From the NCBI GenBank assembly GCA_016783135.1, contig JADHXC010000003.1, positions 11,605 through 75,604 on the forward strand: a DNA stretch of 64,000 bases, read 5' to 3'. Below the pieces are notes generated by a model. The model did not search any database. It saw only the letters and a program-made list of their open reading frames with translations, and had not been told where the DNA came from. How positions within the stretch are numbered: the first letter of the stretch is position 1; each line of letters opens with the position of its first letter. Position numbers and translations under genes: made by a program. Below, piece by piece: positions 9,194 to 18,723 of this stretch. The stretch is from Dehalococcoidales bacterium. GTDB lineage: Bacteria > Chloroflexota > Dehalococcoidia > Dehalococcoidales > Fen-1064.

Positions 9194-11101
9194 ATGCCTA
9201 GATTAAACTCAGCCACTGACATGGAAAGGCTTAGACAAGAGGTACTGGCGCAGGTAGACGGTAAGAGGATCGTTTCCGTAACTAATGGGACAGATGGTAG
9301 AACACGTCATAGTGACGCCGTGGTTAGAGCCTTTGTTGACGAACTACGAAAACAAGGCTTGGCAGATAAGGTAATTGTGAAGAGCACGGGCTGTCATGGC
9401 TTCTGTGAAAAAGAACCTAGCGCTGTTATCTTTCCGGAGGAGATTTGTTATGTGAGTCTCAAGCCTGAGGATGTGCCAGAAATTGTCTCCGAGACCTTGG
9501 CTGAAGGAAAGGTTATTGAGCGTCTCCTCTACGAAGACCCTACTACTGGGCAGAAGATTACAAAGGAACCTGAAATACCATTTTACAAACATCAAAACCG
9601 AACTGTCTTGGGGAATAACAGATTCATAGGTATGGAAAGCATAGAAGATTACATTGCTGTTGGTGGTTACTCAGCCTTAGCTAAGGCTCTTTTGGAAATG
9701 ACACCGGAGCAGGTCCTTAACGAGGTTAAAAAGGCTAATCTAAGAGGTAGGGGGGGGGGTGGTTTCCCGGCCGGGATAAAATGGGAGACCACCCGCAATG
9801 CACCCGGAGAGATAAAATATGTCATCGTTAACGCTGATGAGGGCGACCCGGGGGCCTATATGGACAGGAGCTTGCTCGAGGGCAATCCCCACAGCGTGCT
9901 GGAGGGCCTGATTATTGGTGCCTATGCTATTGGCTCCCACCAGGGCTTCGTCTATGTGCGACAAGAATATCCTATAGCTGTGGGAAATCTCTCCGTCGCT
10001 TTGGAGCAAGCGTACGAGTTTGGTCTTCTTGGGTCAAACATTCTTGGCTCTGGCTTTGACTTTGATATTAAAGTGCACCATGGTGCTGGTGCTTTCGTAT
10101 CTGGTGAATCCAGCGCTTTAATGACTGCCATAGAGGGCAGAGTAGGTGAGCCTAGACCCAAGTATATCCGCACCGCGGTAAGTGGTATCTGGGAAAAGCC
10201 CAGTAATCTGAATAACGTGGAAACCTGGGCTACCGTGCCGCTGATAATCGACAAGGGTGCTGAATGGTTTACAGGTATTGGAACCGAAGGGAGTAAGGGG
10301 ACAAAGATTTTCTCTCTAGTTGGCAAGGTAAATAATACCGGGCTGGTGGAAGTGCCTATGGGAATGACACTCAGGGAGATTATCTATGACATTGGTGGTG
10401 GCATTCCCGAGGGAAAGAAATTCAAGGCAGTCCAGACCGGTGGTCCTTCGGGTGGGGTCATCCCTGAGAGCTTCCTTGACCTCCCTATAGATTTTGATGA
10501 ACTTGCCAAAGTAGGGTCTATGATGGGCTCAGGTGGCATGATTGTAATGGATGAGGACAACTGCATGGTTGATATAGCAAGGTATTTTCTCAATTTCCTT
10601 GCCGGGGAATCCTGCGGCAAGTGCCTCCCATGTCGTGAGGGGATATACCAGATGCTCAAGGTACTGAATAGAATTTGCGAAGGGAAGGGGGAAGGAGGAG
10701 ATATCGAGCTACTGGAGGACATATCGGAGGTGGTCAGGGCTGCTTCCCTCTGCGCCCTGGGGCAGACATCTCCTAATCCGGTACTCAGCACTATTAAATA
10801 CTTCCGCGATGAGTATGAAGCTCATATTAAGGAGAAGCGCTGCTCGGCTGGTGTCTGTAAGGCGCTAATATCCTACTATATTGAGCCGGAGAAATGTCAG
10901 GCCTGTATGATTTGTCTGAGGAATTGTCCTACGGAGGCTATCACCGGTGGTAAAAACCTAATCCATACTATTGACCAAGATAAATGCACCAAATGTGGGA
11001 CCTGCCTTGAGGTTTGTCCACCACGCTTTGGTGCCATTACTATACTTTCCGGCGTGAAAGTACCTGAACTTGTTCCACAGGGGACAGAAGTAGCACGTTG
11101 A
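9194..11101 (+). CDS. NuoF/HydB/HoxF-like FMN/NADH-binding subunit
   Basis: LRGRGGGGFP, NADEGDPGAYMDR, ESCGKCLPCREG and a C-terminal 2x[4Fe-4S] domain. Confidence 0.95.
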   Translation: MPRLNSATDMERLRQEVLAQVDGKRIVSVTNGTDGRTRHSDAVVRAFVDELRKQGLADKVIVKSTGCHGFCEKEPSAVIFPEEICYVSLKPEDVPEIVSETLAEGKVIERLLYEDPTTGQKITKEPEIPFYKHQNRTVLGNNRFIGMESIEDYIAVGGYSALAKALLEMTPEQVLNEVKKANLRGRGGGGFPAGIKWETTRNAPGEIKYVIVNADEGDPGAYMDRSLLEGNPHSVLEGLIIGAYAIGSHQGFVYVRQEYPIAVGNLSVALEQAYEFGLLGSNILGSGFDFDIKVHHGAGAFVSGESSALMTAIEGRVGEPRPKYIRTAVSGIWEKPSNLNNVETWATVPLIIDKGAEWFTGIGTEGSKGTKIFSLVGKVNNTGLVEVPMGMTLREIIYDIGGGIPEGKKFKAVQTGGPSGGVIPESFLDLPIDFDELAKVGSMMGSGGMIVMDEDNCMVDIARYFLNFLAGESCGKCLPCREGIYQMLKVLNRICEGKGEGGDIELLEDISEVVRAASLCALGQTSPNPVLSTIKYFRDEYEAHIKEKRCSAGVCKALISYYIEPEKCQACMICLRNCPTEAITGGKNLIHTIDQDKCTKCGTCLEVCPPRFGAITILSGVKVPELVPQGTEVAR

Positions 11102-11133
11102 CGAGCTGAGGAAAAACAGGAGGAGGTGAAAGG

Positions 11134-12135
11134 ATGAAACCGATTCTGGTAGTAGAGGATGAGGCTATCATGAGGGAATCACTCCGGGATTGGCTAACGG
11201 ATGGTGGTTACCAGGTGGAAAGTGCGGAACAAGGGGACGAGGCGTTAGCAGCAATTGAGGAGCAGGACTTTGGACTTCTCATCCTTGACTTGAAGTTACC
11301 GGGAGAGGACGGGCTTGAGGTATTACGAAAGGCTAAGGAGAGACGCCCACAGCTTAATGGAATCATTATTACCGCTTATCCTTCAGTAGAGACCGCGGTA
11401 GAGGCGATGAAAGAGGGGGTTATCGATTATCTACCTAAGCCTATTGACTTAAATGAACTGGAGAAATTGGTCAGCAAGACTCTGGGGCCAGTTCAGGTTG
11501 AGATAAGACCAAAGACGGTCACCTTAGTTATCGATGACCGAGAGGTTAAAGCCGAGCAAGGAACGACTATTCTTGAAGCAGCACACAGTGCCGGAATTGA
11601 CATCCCCACGCTTTGCTATCACAAGAAGTTGGCTCCCTATGGTGCCTGCCGTCTGTGCACTGTCGAGATAGTAAGGGGGCAGCAGTCACAATTGGTCGCT
11701 TCCTGTTGTTATCCTGTTGTAGACGGACTTGTGGTAAAGACGGAGTCCGAACAAGTAGTCAAAGGTCGCAAGATGCTATTAAAGTTAATGTGGGCTCGTG
11801 CCCCCGGGATCGAGGCGCTACGGAATTATAGAATAAAATATGGCATAACTGGAGTCAAAACAGCAGAGGATTACGGAATAAGCAGCGCAAGCACAACGAA
11901 GTTTGAAATAGAGCCAACTTTCTGCATCCTTTGTGGATTATGCGTGCGCTACTGTGCAGAGGTGAAAGGGAGAAACGCCATTGGCTTTATCGGTAGAGGG
12001 ACAGAACGGGAGGTAGTTTTTTTGCCTGAGATAGCTCGTGATGAATGCTCCAAATGTGAGGAGTGTTTTCCACTTTGCCCTACAGGGGCACTTCCATCTC
12101 ACTTTGCCTTGATTAAGGAAGGTCATCCTGCATAG
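11134..12135 (+). CDS. Receiver domain fused to a NuoG-N/HoxU-like Fe-S subunit
   Basis: N-terminal REC domain, then IPTLCYH...GACRLC...SC [2Fe-2S], CILCGLCVRYC and CSKCEECFPLCP. Confidence 0.88.
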   Translation: MKPILVVEDEAIMRESLRDWLTDGGYQVESAEQGDEALAAIEEQDFGLLILDLKLPGEDGLEVLRKAKERRPQLNGIIITAYPSVETAVEAMKEGVIDYLPKPIDLNELEKLVSKTLGPVQVEIRPKTVTLVIDDREVKAEQGTTILEAAHSAGIDIPTLCYHKKLAPYGACRLCTVEIVRGQQSQLVASCCYPVVDGLVVKTESEQVVKGRKMLLKLMWARAPGIEALRNYRIKYGITGVKTAEDYGISSASTTKFEIEPTFCILCGLCVRYCAEVKGRNAIGFIGRGTEREVVFLPEIARDECSKCEECFPLCPTGALPSHFALIKEGHPA

Positions 12136-12264
12136 CTACTCATGGAGATGGGGATGGCTTGTTGTGCTCTGAACTCGTAACCGTGATGGGCCGGAAACCG
12201 TTTCGGTGGAGACAGAAGTAGTACGAAGCTGATTTGATGAAGAAATAAGAGAACAAGGTACTTG

Positions 12265-12343
12265 CGGCCTCGCGTTCGTAGCGCTCCGGCTTCACGTACA
12301 ACTCATTATAGTACGCTGCGATGTCCGCGAATATATCAACCAT
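12265..12343 (-). pseudogene. Possible N-terminal remnant of a SAM methyltransferase
   Basis: MVDIFADIAAYYNELYVKPERYEREAA resembles class I methyltransferase N-termini, then loses similarity at the edge of the AT-rich block. Confidence 0.35.
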
Positions 12344-12529
12344 ATTGTCACCCACTGGAGTATACTATTAAGCGACGACACTGCCCATCCTGATCTCGTC
12401 CGGATCACGAAGGGAGGGTGCTAACCGATTCTACTCGCTGCCCTTGGACTTGCCCCCATTACTGTACCACCTGCAATGTTAGTTTTGCGGCTCCACAGGC
12501 TCTTTGGGTCTCGGTACCTGCCGCCAAAC

Positions 12530-12946
12530 CTAAGCAGCCTTCACCTTCACCTCGGCGACACCCGTAAGCACCGATTCACTGTTCTGGTTCTGGCAGAGCA
12601 CTTCACATCTGGCGCGGCTGTGGCCTTCAGCTATATCAACCGCCGTTATCTTGCCGCTCACGGATATCGTGTCGCCGGGGCGGGCTGGTGCCCTGAACCT
12701 GACATCAAGCCTGCCACCGCTGAGCCAATCCCGGCCGAAGGCCGCCGTCATCATCTGTGAGACATAGGCCAGCACCAGCATACCGTGAGCAACGGTGCCA
12801 CCGAGCGGCGTACCCCTGGCATAGTCTTCGTCGATATGGATAGGATTGAAGTCCCCGCTGGCCTCAGCGTAGCGGTTGATGTTCGCCTGGCTGATGCCCT
12901 TGCTAATACCCGGGATACTTACCCCTTCTCTCAACTCCGGTAGCAA
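12530..12946 (-). CDS. MaoC-family dehydratase
   Basis: YAEASGDFNPIHID...AHGM motif; probable TTG start with a GGAGG SD. Confidence 0.9.
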   Translation of the reverse strand: MLPELREGVSIPGISKGISQANINRYAEASGDFNPIHIDEDYARGTPLGGTVAHGMLVLAYVSQMMTAAFGRDWLSGGRLDVRFRAPARPGDTISVSGKITAVDIAEGHSRARCEVLCQNQNSESVLTGVAEVKVKAA

Positions 12947-12962
12947 CGTTACAGACCTCCCC

Positions 12963-13391
12963 TCAGGGTGCACTATCCTCATTATTCTCGGGCAGTATGA
13001 AGTCCGTCCTTCCCTGGAAGACCACACGGTCGCCGTCCTTGCAGGCACTGAGGTTTATGCTGAGCAAATGAAACCGACCCCGCTTCTGCATCCGGCCCAC
13101 ACTGGCATAGCTGGTGATGGTGTCGCGGTTATCTGCCGTATCGACGAACTCCACTACCTGAGAGACATGGACCGCGCCGTCAGGAAAAGAGACCGCCTTT
13201 GACAGTGCCGCCAGAACCTGGGCAGCAATAGCCATCGGCGGGACCAGGTCTGAGCCCCGGTACAGGCTGCTATCCTCCTCCACAGCCTCAAGATAGGCAC
13301 CGACCACTGAGGAATCCACCCGGTAGCTGGCCGGTGGGAACTCGTAGCCCGCTTCCAGCTGATGATAGTCAATCTGTTCGTGTTCCGGCAT
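12963..13391 (-). CDS. MaoC-like hot-dog partner subunit
   Basis: Hot-dog-fold features (VPPMA, GAVHVSQ); co-oriented immediately upstream of the MaoC gene. Confidence 0.75.
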   Translation of the reverse strand: MPEHEQIDYHQLEAGYEFPPASYRVDSSVVGAYLEAVEEDSSLYRGSDLVPPMAIAAQVLAALSKAVSFPDGAVHVSQVVEFVDTADNRDTITSYASVGRMQKRGRFHLLSINLSACKDGDRVVFQGRTDFILPENNEDSAP

Positions 13392-13737
13392 CTGGCCCCC
13401 CCTGACGGCTGCCCGCAGTTGGTTAATACTCCTGAAATGATAACCATACGGATGTTACAGGTATGCGGGCTTATTGTTAGCCACCGGAGCAGCCTTTGTC
13501 AAGGGGTTTTCTCGTCCGGTACATCAGCGACACCCCGGTACAGCCGATGCTGGTTGCCACACAAGAAGAGAACTTCCCCTCCCGGCACAGTAGTATTGAA
13601 GCGCCTGAAACGACACTTCCCGGTGCCTGGATAGATGCGCTCAGGTCTTTCTGGAAACGGTACAACCCTGGTACCTGTGCTATAATCCATGTGACGGTAA
13701 TTTGTATCTGAGCAGGTCAGGAGAGGTTATAGGTACA

Positions 13738-15123
13738 ATGAATGATGTGAGCTACCGGATTGTCAGGACCATCCGCTGCAAGAACACCAACATCCCGGGC
13801 ACTCTGGGCAAGCTAACGACGGCCATCGGTAACATTGGCGCAGAAATCGGCAACATTAAGACCGTACACCTCGGTCATCACTTCACTGTCCGCGATATTG
13901 ACATCCTTATCGAGAGTGAAGAGCACCTCACACGCTTGATAGACGAGGTTTCCAGACTTCAGGAGGTATCCGTCCTCCAGGTCCGGGACGAGGTGCTGGA
14001 GCTCCACCGTGGCGGCAAGATAAAGATGGTGAGCACCGTCCCCCTCGATACCTTGGACGCCCTCAGCAAGGTATATACCCCCGGGGTAGCCGAAGTATGC
14101 CGGCTCATCGCGGGGGAACCGGACTGGAAGGATGTCTATACCGGCATCCCCTACTCCGTTGCCATCGTAACCGACGGCACTGCCGTGCTCGGACTGGGCA
14201 ACATCGGTCCGGAGGCGGGAATGCCGGTGATGGAGGGAAAGGCAGCCCTCCTCCAGCACCTCGCCGGAATCAGCGGGATACCGATACTGATCAGTACCAC
14301 TGACCCGGACGAAATCGTGGCCACCGTAAAAAACATCGCGCTCACTTTCGGAGGAATCCACCTGGAAGACATCGCATCTCCGCGCTGTTTCCAGATTGAA
14401 GACAGGCTGGAGGAAGAACTCGATAGGCCTGTGATGCACGACGACCAGGAGGGCACTGCGGTGGTGGTCCTGGCAGCCCTGATGAATGCCTGTGAACGCA
14501 CCGGCCTCGTCCTTGAGGAGGCCAGGGTGGGTCTCATCGGCCTCGGTGCCGCGGGACTGACCATCGGGGAGTTCCTCCTCCGGTACACCGGCAACCCGGC
14601 ACTGGGGGTCGCCAGGACCGAGGTCAGCACCAGGCGTCACGCCGAGCACGGCGGCATTCCCTCCAGCTTTGACGAAATCATGCAGACGGCAGATATCGTT
14701 ATCGCCACCTCAGGAGTGAGCGGCCTCATTGAGCCGAGTATGGTGAGAAAGGGGCAGGTCATCTTCGCTCTGACCAACCCGTTTCCGGAGATTATCCCGG
14801 AGCTTGCCGTGGCCTCTGGGGCAGCGCTGGCGGTCGATGGCAAGACGGTGAACAATGTTATTGGCTATCCGGGAATCTGGCGCGGTACGCTGGATGCCAA
14901 GGCGACCAGGATAACGTACGAAATGTACCGGGCGGCCAGTCTCGCCGTTGCTCGTATCGCCAGAGAAAAGGAACAGCTCGTTCCCAGTCCCATAGACCCG
15001 GATGCTCACCTGGCAGTAACTCACAACGTAGCCAGGGCCGCGATGGAATCTGGCGTTGCCCGACGGCAGCTTGACGCTGACTACTTCGAAGACACCGTTA
15101 TAGAGCCACCCCCCGAAGTGTAA
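13738..15123 (+). CDS. NAD(P)-dependent malic enzyme with N-terminal ACT domain
   Basis: VYTPGVA, TDGTAVLGLGNIG, PVMEGKA, LEDI, HDDQEGTA and GLGAAG motifs. Confidence 0.93.
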   Translation: MNDVSYRIVRTIRCKNTNIPGTLGKLTTAIGNIGAEIGNIKTVHLGHHFTVRDIDILIESEEHLTRLIDEVSRLQEVSVLQVRDEVLELHRGGKIKMVSTVPLDTLDALSKVYTPGVAEVCRLIAGEPDWKDVYTGIPYSVAIVTDGTAVLGLGNIGPEAGMPVMEGKAALLQHLAGISGIPILISTTDPDEIVATVKNIALTFGGIHLEDIASPRCFQIEDRLEEELDRPVMHDDQEGTAVVVLAALMNACERTGLVLEEARVGLIGLGAAGLTIGEFLLRYTGNPALGVARTEVSTRRHAEHGGIPSSFDEIMQTADIVIATSGVSGLIEPSMVRKGQVIFALTNPFPEIIPELAVASGAALAVDGKTVNNVIGYPGIWRGTLDAKATRITYEMYRAASLAVARIAREKEQLVPSPIDPDAHLAVTHNVARAAMESGVARRQLDADYFEDTVIEPPPEV

Positions 15124-15139
15124 GGTAAAGCAGGAAAAA

Positions 15140-16375
15140 ATGCTGGAAAGAAAACGAGGCCTGCCCCTGGTCCCTGAGAAACTGGATGCGCAACCGGTCA
15201 CCGATGGTATCCGCGTCGTCCAGAACAGCGTCGTCGGGCAGGACGCCCACACGGCGTACACCAGTTGGGTGACCACACCCGGTGGCACGGTCGTGATTGA
15301 CCCGGGCAACTTCCGCACCAGTTCCATGATAAACAAGGAGATTGCACGGGAATCGGGCAAGCCGGTCCGATACCTGATATACAGCCATGCCCACATGGAC
15401 CACATTGGCGGTGCCGCCGCCTTTGCCGACCAGCATCCCAGGATTATCGCCCACGAAAATACGATACCACGGCTGGAGCGCTACGCTCTCACTGCGGACT
15501 ATATTCGTCACATAAACAGCATTCAGTTCCACTTCAGCATCCCGCCGGGTCGGTACTCTCCGGTCTATCCCACGGAGACCTACCGCGACGAATACCGCTT
15601 CGAGCTTGGCGGCAGGACCTTCGAGCTGTTCCACGGCAAGGGTGAGACCGACGACCACACACTGGTCTGGGTGCCGGAGTTGAAGGCGGTGTTCTGCGGC
15701 GACCTGCTGGAGGCTTCGTTTCCGAACCTGGGCAACCCGTTCAAGGTGATGCGCTACGCCCGCGAATGGGCGGAAGCGCTGGAAAGGGCACTGGCACTCG
15801 ACCCCGACTTTGCCATCGGGGGCGACGTTGTCCTCGTCGACAGGGCCAGGATACGGGAGTTATTCAAGGATAACATCGAAGTGCTCAGGTTCCTGGAGGA
15901 CTCGGTGGTGAATGCCGCCAACGAGGGCAAGAACCTGGAGCAGATGATTGAGGATATCCAGCTTCCGCCGCACCTGGAGAACAGCCCCAATCTGCGGCAG
16001 GAGTACTCGCGCCGGGAGTTCGCCATCTACAGCATCTGGAAGCGCTACTGCGGCTACTTCGATTTCAGCCCCTCGGGGCTGTTGCCCCGTCCCAGACGCG
16101 AGATTGCCGGCGTGGTACGTGAACTGGTTGGCAGCGACGAGACAGTGCTGAATAAGGCACGGGAGCTTATGGAATCCGGCCAGTTGCAGCTTGCCCTGGA
16201 AACACTGGACATCATCCTGAAGGTAGACTATGAGGACATACCCGCACGCCGGGTCAGGCAGCAGATACTCAAGAAACTTACCGGTACGGACACCTGTATG
16301 ATGTCCCGCAATGTCTGGACACACTACCTTGAAGAGGATGAAGCATTCCTGGCGAAGCAGACGGAGGAAGGCTAG
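15140..16375 (+). CDS. MBL-fold hydrolase, alkyl-sulfatase-like
   Basis: SHAHMDHIGG, GETDDH and FPNLGNP motifs, plus a C-terminal dimerisation-like region. Confidence 0.85.
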   Translation: MLERKRGLPLVPEKLDAQPVTDGIRVVQNSVVGQDAHTAYTSWVTTPGGTVVIDPGNFRTSSMINKEIARESGKPVRYLIYSHAHMDHIGGAAAFADQHPRIIAHENTIPRLERYALTADYIRHINSIQFHFSIPPGRYSPVYPTETYRDEYRFELGGRTFELFHGKGETDDHTLVWVPELKAVFCGDLLEASFPNLGNPFKVMRYAREWAEALERALALDPDFAIGGDVVLVDRARIRELFKDNIEVLRFLEDSVVNAANEGKNLEQMIEDIQLPPHLENSPNLRQEYSRREFAIYSIWKRYCGYFDFSPSGLLPRPRREIAGVVRELVGSDETVLNKARELMESGQLQLALETLDIILKVDYEDIPARRVRQQILKKLTGTDTCMMSRNVWTHYLEEDEAFLAKQTEEG

Positions 16376-16406
16376 GCGGTAGCGCCGGCCGCTTGTGGAG
16401 GCAACC

Positions 16407-17018
16407 ATGGAAAACGCAGGTCCGGAGGATACAGGAAGGGATAGCGGGCAGACCGGGACTGACCCGGTGGCACTTCCCTCAGGCAAGAAGACCTGCTCCG
16501 GCTGCGGCATCGTGAATGAGGCTTCATCGGCCTATTGCTATCGCTGCGGCCTGAAGCTGCCCACCGAGATTCGTTCCGGGGCCGAGGTGATGGGAAACCC
16601 GGCCGGATTCTGGATAAGGCTCCTGGCCTTCATACTGGACCAGGTACTCCTTTCGGTTGTCGGAATTACCATCAGCCTGCTGGTCACGGACCTCACGCTG
16701 GCAGACATGCTGGCACGCGCAATCGACCCCGAAGCACCCTTCCTCTGGAGCGAGATGCTCACCACATTCGCCCTGGAAGCTGGCTACTGGACGATTATGA
16801 TAGGCACGTGGGGCAGGACGGCAGGCAAAGCACTACTGCGTATCAAGGTCACACGGGTCGATGGCTCAAGGGTCTCGTATCCCCGCAGCCTGGCCAGATA
16901 CCTGGCCTACTATATCTCCTGGTTAATGCTGGGTCTTGGCTTCCTGTCCATACCCTTTAGCCTACGGAAGAAGGGGCTGCACGACTTGGTGTGCGATACC
17001 AGGGTAATACGAGCGTGA
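16407..17018 (+). CDS. RDD-family membrane protein with zinc ribbon
   Basis: CSGCG...CYRCG; AGFWIRLLAFILD; GLHDLVCDTRV. Confidence 0.9.
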   Translation: MENAGPEDTGRDSGQTGTDPVALPSGKKTCSGCGIVNEASSAYCYRCGLKLPTEIRSGAEVMGNPAGFWIRLLAFILDQVLLSVVGITISLLVTDLTLADMLARAIDPEAPFLWSEMLTTFALEAGYWTIMIGTWGRTAGKALLRIKVTRVDGSRVSYPRSLARYLAYYISWLMLGLGFLSIPFSLRKKGLHDLVCDTRVIRA

Positions 17019-17037
17019 TACAGGAAAGCCTGCTCTT

Positions 17038-17940
17038 ATGCAGTTCATTGTAATCCTGGTAATTGCCTTCGCCCCGGGGGTATTCTGGCTCTGGATGGTC
17101 TACCGCCGGGACCGGTACCGTCCGGAGCCCAGAGCGCTGGTGGTCCGGACGTTCATCTGGGGTATGGTGGTCTCCATTCCGGTGGCTTTACTGGAGTTCG
17201 GCCTGATATTCATAGTAGACCCGGACGTAATCAATTTCCCCGAGGTCGGCCAGCTTTCCCTTGGTACCGCTGCCTACATATCCTTCGTCGTGGCCGGCGT
17301 GACCGAAGAGCTGGGAAAGTACCTGGTGGTGCGAAGAACGGTATACCGCTCACCCTACTTCGATGAGCCGATGGACGGCCTGGTTTACGCGTCAGCTTCG
17401 GCTCTCGGTTTCGCCTCACTGGAGAATCTCGGGTACCTCCTGACCTACGGCTGGGAGGTAATCTTGATGAGAGGCCCGTTCTCCACTCTGGCCCACGTGC
17501 TGTTTTCCGCGATGTGGGGCTATCCGCTCGGAGTGAGCAAGGTGAGACAAAGGGGAATGAGAGCCGGGACCTTGCTGGGACTGCTCTGCTCGATGGCGGC
17601 TCACGGCCTGTTTAACTTCCTCATCTTCACACAGAGTGCCTATTCCCTCCTGGTGATACCGCTGTTCCTCGGTGCGGGCGCTGTCTTCTTCTTTATGATG
17701 AGGCGGGCAACCCGGCTGTCTCCATTCAGAGAGATGGTCGGGCAACTACTGGTGGTCTGCCCGAATTGCGGTGACAAAGTGCCCTGCTACGCAGGCTTCT
17801 GCATGACGTGTGGTGCCGAGATGGCGGAGGCCGGGCAAGACGGACCTGCCTTCTGTGGCAAGTGCGGGGCTACCCTGAACTGCGAGGCCGCCTTCTGCAC
17901 CTCCTGTGGCAGTCGTATCCTCAGGAACCAGTCAAAGTAG
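17038..17940 (+). CDS. PrsW-family intramembrane metalloprotease with double zinc ribbon
   Basis: EELGK, GFASLEN, AHVLF and HGLFN motifs; four CxxC pairs at the C-terminus. Confidence 0.9.
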   Translation: MQFIVILVIAFAPGVFWLWMVYRRDRYRPEPRALVVRTFIWGMVVSIPVALLEFGLIFIVDPDVINFPEVGQLSLGTAAYISFVVAGVTEELGKYLVVRRTVYRSPYFDEPMDGLVYASASALGFASLENLGYLLTYGWEVILMRGPFSTLAHVLFSAMWGYPLGVSKVRQRGMRAGTLLGLLCSMAAHGLFNFLIFTQSAYSLLVIPLFLGAGAVFFFMMRRATRLSPFREMVGQLLVVCPNCGDKVPCYAGFCMTCGAEMAEAGQDGPAFCGKCGATLNCEAAFCTSCGSRILRNQSK

Positions 17941-18074
17941 CAATGAAGCCCTGAGTGTAAGCAAAGAATCTCGCCGAAAAGCTGTTCTGATGCGGTGTCC
18001 TGGTGTGGTATAATCGCGCAATATGGTACAATCCCGCCGCCTCTGCGGCATCGTTCACTGAGAAAGGAGACACA

Positions 18075-18698
18075 ATGACGGAAGAGAACAAGGTCCAGTG
18101 GGTCTACTCCTCGAAGAATAACCGTGAGCTGGTGGAGCGCTACGACCAGTGGGCCAGGGACTACGATGCAGACCTTGCCGATGATTTCGACTACCGCGCC
18201 CCGCAAATGGCTGCCGAGATTTTCACCCGATACGTTCCCCGGAACGCCAGAGTTCTGGATGCAGGCGCCGGTACCGGGCTGGTGGGAGAGATACTGGCCG
18301 GTATGGGATACAGTACCCTGGTCGCCATGGACATGTCGTCGGGAATGCTGGAGGAAGCTCGCAAGAAGAGCGTCTACACCGAGCTCCACCGTATGGTCAT
18401 GGGTGAGCCACTGGACTTCCCCACAGCTTCATTTGATGCCGTGATCTGCGTTGGCACGCTTACCGTAGCACATGCTCCGGCCAGCTCCCTCGACGAACTG
18501 GTGCGTATCACCAGGCCCGGGGGATACATAGCCTATACCCTCCGTCCGGATATCTATGAGAATAACGGCTTCAAGGAGAAGCAGTCCGAGCTAGAATCAG
18601 CGGGCAAATGGAAACTAGTGGAAGCGACCGAGCCGCTCCAGACACTCCCCAGGGGCGAGCCGGACGTCCTCATGCAGGTATGGGTATACCGGGTATGA
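18075..18698 (+). CDS. Class I SAM-dependent methyltransferase
   Basis: YDQWARDYD and VLDAGAGTGLVG; SD AAGGAG. Confidence 0.9.
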   Translation: MTEENKVQWVYSSKNNRELVERYDQWARDYDADLADDFDYRAPQMAAEIFTRYVPRNARVLDAGAGTGLVGEILAGMGYSTLVAMDMSSGMLEEARKKSVYTELHRMVMGEPLDFPTASFDAVICVGTLTVAHAPASSLDELVRITRPGGYIAYTLRPDIYENNGFKEKQSELESAGKWKLVEATEPLQTLPRGEPDVLMQVWVYRV

Positions 18699-18723
18699 CC
18701 GACGAATACGCTAGGTGCAGTGA

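Noticed and set aside
8702-12135. Respiratory complex I (nuo) operon or a complete hydrogenase
   Set aside because: No membrane Nuo subunits and no catalytic hydrogenase or formate dehydrogenase subunit are present.
13400-13700. Riboswitch or ncRNA between the MaoC pair and malic enzyme
   Set aside because: No recognisable conserved aptamer or convincing long stem was found by eye.
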